A stretch of DNA of 20,000 bases, taken from Folioceros fuciformis (Eukaryota). The stretch lies in contig JBNGIO010006162.1 in assembly GCA_049999805.1 (NCBI GenBank), positions 162,110-182,109 on the forward strand, given 5' to 3'. This document shows, one piece after another, positions 11,294 to 20,000 of the stretch; the first letter of the stretch is position 1; the number at the start of each line of letters is the position of its first letter. Both the position numbers and the translations under genes were made by a program. The notes under the pieces were generated by a model. It ran no database searches, was not told the origin of the DNA, and saw only the letters and a list, made by a program, of their open reading frames with translations.

Positions 11294-11572
11294 TCATTTC
11301 CCTGAAGAGGAAGGTGGAGCTCCCAACAAACCGGCTTGTTGGCTCTCCAGCTCAACCATCTGCTGGTCCCTATCCATTTCAATGATCAACGGCACGATGA
11401 GCACCAAAAACGAAGTTCCCGCAATCCAAGCAGCCTTGCCCGTGCTCCAGAGCAGCTTCCTGCTAAATCGTGCAGTGTTGCTGGCGGCGCGTTTGGATTT
11501 ATGAAACACTGCCGAGTTTCTGACACTGCTTCCCACCCTCCTGATCACCGTGTCATTTCCCAACGATGCCAT
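11294..11572 (-). CDS. TOM9: Mitochondrial outer-membrane import receptor TOM9 (plant TOM22), 92 aa, single coding exon
   Basis: Basic N-terminus followed by the hallmark KLLWSTGKAAWIAGTSFLVLIVPLIIEMDRDQQ..ELE..Q..LLG of plant TOM9/TOM22. Confidence 0.94.
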   Translation of the reverse strand: MASLGNDTVIRRVGSSVRNSAVFHKSKRAASNTARFSRKLLWSTGKAAWIAGTSFLVLIVPLIIEMDRDQQMVELESQQAGLLGAPPSSSGK

Positions 11573-12121
11573 TTCCCGAGATGCTTGCTAGCGGGAATGG
11601 ACAGATCTGGGACGATCCCGCCACTGCAGTTCCACCAACAAGCCGTTGCTTCAGCCAGCAGAATCACACGTCCAACAAACACAAACAAATTCAAATTCCG
11701 CAACCTGATGACCTGACTTGCAAGCAATCGATGCATCGACATCAGCAAGCGAACAGAACCACACCTCGATCACAATCTGGACGAGCTCCAAGCAAATTCG
11801 CCAGTACGCACCGGAGAACACGAAACCCTGCAGACTGAGACTGTAACATAACTGCAAGCCCGGGTGACCTAACCACTGCTAACCAGGGTTAGGATGACAC
11901 TCTAGTTTCGTGACACGATGGATAACTTCTGGTTGTGGTTAGGTCTGTTTCGTTTGCGCAAGTACATGTTCTCTTACGCCATCTTGTTCCCATTTGTGAT
12001 GCTGTGCGATTTATTGTGGGTACCTTCCCGAATCCCTGTGTGTTTCTGGATCTGTTGTTCGGTCGTGCCTGATGCACCCTGAATTTTGCAGCTTGATCGT
12101 CGACAGCAGTCACCTTCGACC
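11573..12121. promoter_or_regulatory. Divergent intergenic region shared by TOM9 and the AP1-like gene
   Basis: About 550 bp between the divergent ATGs at 11572 (-) and 12122 (+). Any UTR introns are not resolved. Confidence 0.45.
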
Positions 12122-13928
12122 ATGGCAACAGGAGGTCTGTTGTTGTTTCCGGCTGCTGTGATTTTGCTGTCGTTGGTGCCGGACACACTGGCACTTACGG
12201 AGGGCGGTGTGCCAGCTTACATCTGGTCGAATCTCAGGTTCGGAGAATTGTGATTAGATCTCTCGTATCAGGGGATTGGCTGATGGTAGTTGACCCTTCG
12301 CCGTTCAGATCCCACTCCCATTGGGCTGCTGCAGCTGGATTTCAGTCTTCTGCTTTTTGTTTTCCGGCGTGGATGGGATTTTGGGTGTGAAATGTCGTTG
12401 CTCGTCTGTGAATGCAGATGTTTGAGTAGGTCGGAACAAACTCTGAACAGCGAGCATGTCACGCCGACGCATTTAGCCCTCGACTTTCTGGGAACTTATG
12501 CCGGAGCTACGCTCAAGGTGATGATTCAGCTTAACGATGGCTGTTTGGATGAGATAGAGCGGGAGTTACTTGGTTTGCAGTCTGATGGGACAGTGTTTTC
12601 CTCGCAGTGTGAACACGGTGAAACCAGTGGGGCTGTGGAAACAGCAGTCTTTGTCGTTGGAAATGAGGTATTATCTTCAGCTAACATGTGCCTCTGTAGG
12701 TAAATTTGCTGACTGTGTCTGTTGCCTTTCCTGCACATGCTGTGCCCATAGCTTTGGAAGAATTCGGAAATCCTTACAACGGTGATTTGGCAGATTTACT
12801 TATGAGTATTCTCTTGCAATGCTCAGCTGCGGTTGTCAGATTCTTTGGTTTCTCCCTCTCCGAAGGACCTTGACCTCAAGCAGATTTTGGAGGTATGTTG
12901 GGTGTTGTAGTATGACGCAGCTAGTTGTCATGGTTTGGGCCACGTCTTAGTACTTGTTTTTCTGTGCACTTATTGGTTTTCTTCGTGTCCCAGAATGCTG
13001 GTGTACCTATTGCCTACTCTGTACTGAGCTCTGTACATGAGGCGAAGTCATACGCTGAAAGTTTGCTCTCCGGCATAAGCTCCAGCAGCATCCAGGCCCT
13101 GGGCGAGGTTGCTGTCGTGGGTTTTTGTGGGGTGGACTTGGGGAAGATTCAGGATATTAAGCTACAGGATTTGAAGGTAGCCTCCTGTCCCTGTTGTATC
13201 TCATGAACATCAAGCTGCTCCATCCGGAGCAGTGTCTGCAGCTAGTTTTTAGTCTGACATGCTGTTTTGCATCTCTCGTTCAGGAGCATTTATCAGCAAG
13301 GAAGGGAACAAGGAAACCGGGGTTGACAGACGTGCTTATTGTCTGCACTGCCTCGAAGGACAGTTTCAACAGACATCAGCTCCTTCAAGACGACGGTGTG
13401 GTTTCACATTGTCTTTCATTTACTTTCGTGCATGCTTATGTCTGCTCACAAGTGAGACGTGATAGTGGCTGTATTTGCAGCAACTCTGAGATCATTGTGC
13501 GGCTTGCCCTGCAGCCAAAGTTCTCATGGAGACATTGTCAGCGTTGCAAGCTTCGGGCACAAGCTATGTGGGCCTTTACGGCACTGGGCAACAGGAGCAT
13601 GGTGACGTTATGGTTAGGTCACTGGCTGATTACAGCAAAGGAACTGCCAACGGTACCGGAAACGCGACTCTAGTATGTGGCCCACAATGTCTTCGAAGAG
13701 CTATGCTGTGGGAGAACTTTTTTGTGGTGAGTCCGAATGTTTGGTTCGGTTTGGACGATATTCTTTGGTCGTGGCTTATCCAGATTCCTTGGCACCCAGT
13801 CTGCTGCCGTTAGCTCATGAATCTCACTATTGCAGGTTCTTCTGATGCTCATCATCCTTATTGGGGGCATATGCTGCATGGCGAATCTTCAGGCTCCAAC
13901 CAGATTCGAGATTGCTAAGCAGGAATAG
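12122..13928 (+). CDS. Type-I membrane protein of the At3g13410-like family (putative V-ATPase accessory subunit AP1/Ac45/Voa1-like), ~313 aa, 8 exons
   Basis: Exons 12122-12237, 12418-12517, 12608-12667, 12827-12892, 12994-13176, 13284-13395, 13515-13726, 13836-13928 sum to 942 nt; all introns are GT-AG. Signal peptide MATGGLLLFPAAVILLSLVPDTLA, then VPAYIWS, AVFVVGNEL, TDVLIVC, SGTSYVGLY and RSLA. N-glycosylation sites NGT/NAT and C-x3-C precede the TM helix VLLMLIILIGGICCM and the tail QAPTRFE. Confidence 0.85.
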
Positions 13929-16191
13929 TTGGACGTGCTGTAAGATCCCACTTAGTGACCTCACCTTTTTTGATGGGAGCCACAAGTGTTATGTTCCAGG
14001 TCCACGTTTTTTCAGTGTTGGTTTTTTTTCACTCTCTTGGAAGTAGCATCAAGGCCTTTTCCCTACCGGACGAGAAGATGTATTGGTGAAACCTAGCTTA
14101 GCTGCAAGCTAGGCCGCCAGAAGTGGCCGAGAAAGTTGGAAAGTTCCATACCAATCGGAGGTGGATCTGTCACATGTATCATATGGGACATACTTTCTTG
14201 TGTGACCTGTAAGGGTGTTGGGCAGAGGTTGGTGACGACACTAGATAGTGAGCTCCTCGAGTAGGATGAAGACGTGGGGCGCGAACCACTGTTACAGTGG
14301 TTTCTTGAGGCAGCTGAAGGGCTTCGGGCCTGTTTGGCAATTGTTATGCTCGTGCCTTTTACGTTGTTTGCCATGCTTTTGTATCAATGTCAATGTGATC
14401 AGAGCTATCTATCTTCTCTTCCGCCCCTTGCCTGCTGGTGGACTTCCATGATGCTGTTGTTGATTCCCGGGTTTCAGTGATCCTGATGGCTGTCTGCAAG
14501 GTCTCTCAAAAGGAGTTACGTATCTAATGTCTCCCTCCCACCCAATCAACGGACCTGACAAGGTAGTCTACTGAGAAGGCCAAAGGTCACAGGCGTGAAG
14601 CATGAAGAAGGTGCAGGAAGCATGAGTGTGGGATCCAGCAGGTTGTGCCCCAAATCCATAGACAGTAGCTTGGAAAGGGAGATGCAAGTAAGTTAGTACC
14701 GTAAAGAAGCAAAGGGGCTGTGCGTAACGCGAGGGTGGGGAAGGGGGGCAGGGGGAAGAATAGAAGAAGACGAGGGTGGACACGATGATTGTGAATGATG
14801 AAACTGTTAGCCTTGTGGGAAAGGGGTTGTGTCATGATGGAATGAGGAATAACGGACCGTTGGGGCAGAATGTTGTCTCTTGTTGGTCAAGCCGCGTCTC
14901 CCGTGAGCGTCACCGACAGTTGATGTGGGGATCTTGATTCTTTGCGCAGAGGTGGAGGTTCGCCATTGGAGAGGCAGCAACTCACGGAGGTACGTCTCAC
15001 TGATGGCCTCCCCTCCGTTTCTGGCATTCTGCCTGCCCCAGCACGGCCCGCTTCTGGGGGGCGCGCATTTCATCCGTGAAACTCACACTCACCAATGCCC
15101 ATGGCCCCCCTTCATGGCCAGGACTGTGGCCCCGTGCTGTGCTGTGCTGTGTGCTGTGTGGGGGATGGGGACATCCCAACATCATTGCCCTTGTGAGATC
15201 AGCAGGTCGCCACATCGCCGTACCGCTGTCTGACGGAGGAACATCAGCAGTAGCAGTCGTAGTACATGCCCCAGTTGCATGTTACGGGGTCGGCGTACCT
15301 CTGTAACCGGTACACACAGTCCTGCACTGGACGAGGCTGCCGAGGAGCTCCAGAATCATCCCTGCCCTGCCTTCCTCCAGTACATACACACATTGAAGCC
15401 TGATGAAGGTGACGTCGTCATCGGTACCCACCCCCCGTTAATAGCTGCCACAAGGTCAGGTGCCCAGAGGGGAGTTGTTGCTGGATGGATGCATGGATGG
15501 ATGCGTTTCACCAACCCTCGTCGGAACTCATTCACTCCTTGTTCAAATTCCTTGAACCCAGCATTCCAGTGTCATTAACAGCCGAACGTCTGTGCAGGTC
15601 GCATCCCTGCCATCAACAGGCCACGGCGCACAGCGCAGATGTCCATGTCTGCAGCCAGGTTTCCTGTAATACACCAACCTCATGAGCCGCCAGCTGAGCC
15701 CCGTTCCCATTGGCCCCGTTGGCATGCCACGAGCTTGGTGTGGAACTGCCAATTGGAGTCGTCGGGCTTCCAGGTTCTGAGTTCCGGCTGATAAATGGGG
15801 CAGATGCAGACTATGTATGTGGATTAGCGTAGCACGCTGTAGACCGCAGGTGCAGCGGAGGCGACGGAGCAGGAGGAGGAAGAAGAGGAGGTGGAGCGAG
15901 AGCTCAGATGCATGAATGATTAGAGAGGTGTGTGTGCCTTGAAGCCTCACAGTCTCGCTTCCTTTGGCGTCAGATCTTTTATGTTTTTCTATCTAACCAC
16001 GACGCTGACCAGGTGACGGGTAGCCCAGTTCTGCCAAGACCTTCTAGGCTCGTCTACTGTAGACGCCCTTTTTACAGACGCGCATGCTTTCTTCCGACCA
16101 GGTGATGCTGGGATCAGTTTTGGCGCGGATCATGGAACAAAGGCTTGGTAAAAGCCATCACGGCTTGGCGCGTGCGAACACACCTTCTCCC

Positions 16192-16200
16192 AAACCCTAA
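16192..16200 (+). promoter_or_regulatory. Telo-box motif AAACCCTAA
   Basis: Exact match to the plant telo-box, followed by a pyrimidine-rich tract. No associated gene was identified. Confidence 0.35.
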
Positions 16201-16250
16201 CACTCACATTCCGTGCCGTTCTAAGTTGCTGCTCCTCCTCCTCCTCTTTC

Positions 16251-16348
16251 TTCTGCCATCAATCTCTCGACCCCGTCCCTTTTCTGCCATCAATCTCACG
16301 ACCCCTCCCTTTTTTGCCATCAATCTCTCGATCACCTCCCTTTTCTGC
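16251..16348. repeat. 30-31 bp minisatellite, ~3.2 copies
   Basis: GCCATCAATCTC at 16255, 16286 and 16316. Unit is approximately TTCTGCCATCAATCTCTCGACCCCTCCCTT. Confidence 0.9.
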
Positions 16349-17031
16349 AGATGGGCGAGCTTCAAGCTGCAGGGACTGGACAGAGATCGTGAAGGATACA
16401 CTCAGATCTGTATGGCCATTAAACGAGCGATAAGGAGGTGTGCAACGGGCAAGCAAACAAGCCAGCTTTAGCTCCGTAGGCGAGCGAGCCACTGGAAGGA
16501 CGCCAGGGGATTGGGAGTGTGTGGAGCGGTTGCGGTTGTGGAGGAGCCGAGCGAGCCATTGATATCCATAATGGCCGTCCGACCTCCGGCTGGCCTAGTC
16601 GGTGGGTCCCCGAACCCGTGGACCCCTCCTCCTGCACTAACTGCGACTGAATCGTCCCGAATCGAGACTTGAATGCAGCAGTCAGAGCACTGAATGGAGC
16701 AGTGTCAGGACGCAAGTCAATCGCCCGGGCCCCAGCCATAGCCAGCGCGCAAAGCGCTCGGAGCAGCAGGGAAAAGGACAGCCCGAATCGGGCCGAGCCT
16801 CGGTCGAGGTCTATCCACCTCACCCAACCGCACCCCACTCCACCCAACTGGTAACAGTTGGGGCGGGTTCAGGGGGGCTGCAACTCTACACTTACGGAGT
16901 GGATTAAATTCAAGACACAAAAGCACTCGTCCATCCATACGGGGTTTGGCGGGTTCATTGCAGGCAGGATCCTGACAGGAGTCGGATGTGATGGATCAAT
17001 GTAGCTGTAATGATAGACATCTGGCTCAAAC

Positions 17032-17103
17032 GTAAGTGAGGGGATTCGAACTCGCAACCTGTGCTGTGCCAGGGTTCCGCGCTATCCAAGTGACCAATGC
17101 GCC
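17032..17103 (-). mobile_element. Degenerate tRNA-derived element (SINE-like Pol III head or tRNA pseudogene)
   Basis: Minus strand reads GGCGCAT-TGGTCACTTGG(A box at +8)-ATAGCGCGGAACC-CTGGCAC-AGCACAGGTTGC-GAGTTCGAATCCC (B box, T at +54). Spacing is tRNA-like, but the acceptor, anticodon and T stems do not pair. Confidence 0.55.
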
Positions 17104-18294
17104 TTCGGTGTCATGGAGAGTGAGCGACAGTGGGCGCGAGCCAGAGGGAGAGGGGGGCCGGCTTCCCTGTTGTGCGGCGGTAACGAGACAAGGCTAGGTG
17201 GCCTGTTACAGGCCGTCCTCGCACACAGCTCTTCGATTCTGACACGCCCACGCGTTCCAGGGCACGGCTTGGGGCTGTTGGGCAGTGAGCTGGGACAGGG
17301 GTTCCAGCTATGCCGCCCGCTGCAGTGCCTGCCCAACGGCCGGGGGCAGGACTAGGGCCAGGTCCAGGGCCGGGCGCTGTGCAGTACCGGAGTCCGGAGT
17401 TCTGGAGGGGGCAGATGTACAATTACGGTAGTTTATGAGCGGTGGGGGGGTGTGCTCATGTGAGCATGCCCAGTGGGCTGAAATTTCTTGTGGGCAATGG
17501 AGACGAGGACTCCCATGTTGGTTTTCCATGTCGTGCACAGGCAGCAGAGGTCACAGAGCAGAGAGCAGAGGGCAGGTCCGGACTCCAGTCTCTCATCAGT
17601 CACACAGTCGAGTCGAGCGAAGCATGATGCCTCTGGTGGACGAGGCCGTGCGGCGGGCAGGGCAGGGCATGCTGGCTCTGGCTCTGTCTCTGTCTCCGGC
17701 TCCGGCCTTGACGTTTCTTTTGATTACTGGCTTCATCCCCACTGCGAAGCCCCATGGAGTGCTCGCCTGGGCGACATAGATTATGTAGCCACCTGTTGCA
17801 TGGCCTCCGACTCTGCGTCTACCCTGCGTTTATCCTCTTTTGCGCCTCTCCAAGTCCTCGCACATGCTAAAGCCGTTGCCGCTCCCTTTGTGCGCACATG
17901 AAGTATCCCTGCCTCCCTGAATCTCTGGTACCTTCGGTACCTCTGCTGCTGCTGCTGGTGCGAGGCCTGGGCCCGAGAGCCCCAGCAACCTGCTGTGTGT
18001 ACAGGTAGGTGGGTAGACTATTCAACGGATGGCCTTTTTACAGTCTCCTTCGCTTCCTCGGTCCCTCCCTCGCTTCCTCTGTGCTGTGTGGTGTTGTGGT
18101 GTGTTGGGCAGGGGGCGCAAACTATATATTATTATATATGTCTGTGCGTGCTAATGAACATACTCTTCTCCTTCCTTTCTTCCTCCCTGACATATTGAAT
18201 TTATGTATGCTGGTATGCATACGAGCATGTAGTTAATGATGATAGGCATGCGCATGCAAAGGAAAGGACGCTGGCCTGCTACAGCCTCGGCCAG

Positions 18295-18334
18295 GCAGAG
18301 AGGCAGAGACGCAGAGATGCAGAGATGCAGAGAA
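18295..18334. repeat. 8-bp tandem repeat (GCAGAGAN)x5
   Basis: GCAGAGAG GCAGAGAC GCAGAGAT GCAGAGAT GCAGAGAA. Confidence 0.85.
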
Positions 18335-20000
18335 CAGTCAGAACACCAGCTGGGGCCTGGACTCCACAGGCCCAGTCTTCAATGCGCATTCAAACGCGGT
18401 CTCCAGCTGCCGCTAAACTGGCTCCACTGATACATAAACTCCTGCCAAAGCCTGGCCGCACGGCCTCGCTTCCCGTCTCGTTGTGTGTGCTATGTTTAAC
18501 CTTTGCGTTGTTAATCCCAGCTTCTGGGCCCTGCGTCCTCGCTAAGTTCGATGCTTGTGCTGGCTATGGCTGGCCGGGCTTGGCTGGAGCCACTGCTGCG
18601 GCAGGAGCATGTGCAGCTGCAAGCCCACATCATCTCTCACGGACCAGACGACGCATCTGTCCATGGCCCATGGTATATGGATTGCTGCCCACCTTGTCCG
18701 ACTCGCTGCCTCTCCGTGGGCTGGCAGGGGCCCTGGTAAGGGGCAGGGGGCAGTGCGCATCGGGCACAGCTCCCCCGGAGAGCCCAAGATGTCTTATGCA
18801 CCAATATCCCACCCCCACTTCTGGCACGTCTCTTGCCCCCAAAACATCCATTTCTGACACCCTTTCTTTGACCGCCATACCCCATTCAACTCTCCTTCGT
18901 CGCTCCCTCTCGTCATCCCGCAACCTCGGAATTGTACTACCCAAACGGAACGGGCTGCTGTTGCTACTGATGCCCCTCGCGGTACCCTTATCGAGATACC
19001 TGGTGCTAGGACTTGAGGATCGATTCGCGGACCCAGGGATCTAGGGGGCCATGCACCAGTCCGGTGCGTGTTTGTGAACAAAGTCGCAATGGAATTTGCA
19101 GGAATGCATGTACAACATTCTACTCGGCTTACGCCCATGTTCATGGGGCTTTGTGAGGGAGGCAGGTACATGCATGGGTTTGTCAAACCTTGACGGACTC
19201 CCATGCATTCCTTGGTGACCTGGGTGGTGGGTGGCCTTGGGTATCTGTCTCAGGTATGGTAATTGGGGGAGACGGGAATGGAAGAAGACGTACCCAGTGG
19301 CACTCGTCACTCTCCTCTCCTGAAAACGGAATGGAAGAAGAACACAACTTGCCGTTGTGGTTGCTGAAAACGGAATGGAAGGGGAATAGCGCAGAGCATG
19401 TTAGACATTCCACAAGACGGTATGGAACTGAACGAGACTGCCAATGAAATGCCATCCCGTCTCCTCCCAGGGCTCATAACCTCATTGGCAGCGAAATTGA
19501 CATGGGTGCAGTAGCAACACATCTCATTGGCAGTGAAGGAGGACATTAATAGCATTCAATCCGGGCCCCCAGCCGGTCCATTGGTCCAAGCTCGGAACAG
19601 ATATCATACCTGCCCTTGATGCGGTGTTGTTGGCATCAATGTTGACCTATCTATCGCCCACCACGCTCCGAGTTCCCAACTCGGATATTTATGGCAGCAC
19701 CACCGGCTCCGGCTCCGGCTCCTGCCCCGGATGCTGGTATATCGCTCCTCTTCTTCTTAGTAACAGGGAAGATGCGGGGGTTGGACTCCTACGAGCAGCC
19801 TAGTTTGTTTAGCTACCTCGAGCGAATGCAGACAATGCATTTGAGGAATCTGAGAAGTTCCACATTCCTTTTGGCGAGCAAGTCGAGGCCCAACGTGCAT
19901 CCACCATCTGCGTCCATGCGAATGGCTTCTCACTTGCTGCAAGACTCCATGAATGTACACACACACATATACATGACGACCAGCGTCACCCTCCCTTCCC

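Noticed and set aside
15400..15426. Hammerhead-ribozyme-like CTGATGA followed by a hairpin (GGTGAC/GTCATC)
   Set aside because: The obligatory GAAA after stem II is GGTA, there is an extra base, and no convincing stems I and III are present.
15543..15950. Possible CLE-like small peptide (ARGMPTGP in one frame, AAHEV in another)
   Set aside because: No complete 12-aa CLE motif (missing xPxHN/ISN) and no in-frame ATG plus signal peptide.
17032..17103. Functional tRNA-Ala(GGC) gene
   Set aside because: Acceptor, anticodon and T stems mostly fail to pair; kept only as a tRNA-derived relic.
17722..17740. Partial resemblance to miR165/166 (GGCTTCATCCCC)
   Set aside because: The 5' half does not match and there is no complementary star arm nearby.
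18325..19044. 239-aa ATG-initiated ORF
   Set aside because: Low-complexity Leu/Ala/Pro/Ser composition and no motifs. Long ORFs occur in several overlapping frames of this GC-rich DNA, so coding status cannot be supported without expression data.
19268..19430. CRISPR-array interpretation of the spaced repeats
   Set aside because: Repeats are too short and variable, there are no cas genes, and the context is a plant nuclear genome.
19667..19685. 8-bp hairpin TCCGAGTT-CCC-AACTCGGA as a terminator or Helitron end
   Set aside because: Eukaryotic context and no CTRR terminus at the expected distance; hairpins of this size are expected by chance.

Overview
Eukaryotic, land-plant nuclear DNA from a compact genome with short (mostly ~70-230 nt) spliceosomal introns. 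The style suggests a bryophyte/lycophyte such as a hornwort or Selaginella; that is inference, not an identification. Five protein-coding genes can be reconstructed by hand: (1) the 3' part of a peroxisomal acyl-activating enzyme (AAE7/ACN1-like, ends in SKL); (2) a minus-strand, intron-containing two-lobe retropepsin-like aspartyl protease with an N-terminal SAP/ARMET-C-like module and non-canonical catalytic motifs; (3) the chloroplast import co-chaperone TIC40 (14 exons, including an 18-nt microexon with a GC donor); (4) mitochondrial TOM9/TOM22; (5) a type-I membrane protein of the At3g13410 / V-ATPase AP1(Ac45)-like family. An AT-richer, repeat-scarred island lies at ~1.85-4.9 kb. A ~6 kb stretch with no recognisable gene (14-20 kb) holds a degenerate tRNA-derived Pol III head, a telo-box beside a 30-31 bp tandem repeat, and clusters of short direct and inverted repeats. 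I see no clear new multi-gene system. The best candidate for novelty is the uncharacterised protease gene sitting head-to-head with TIC40.
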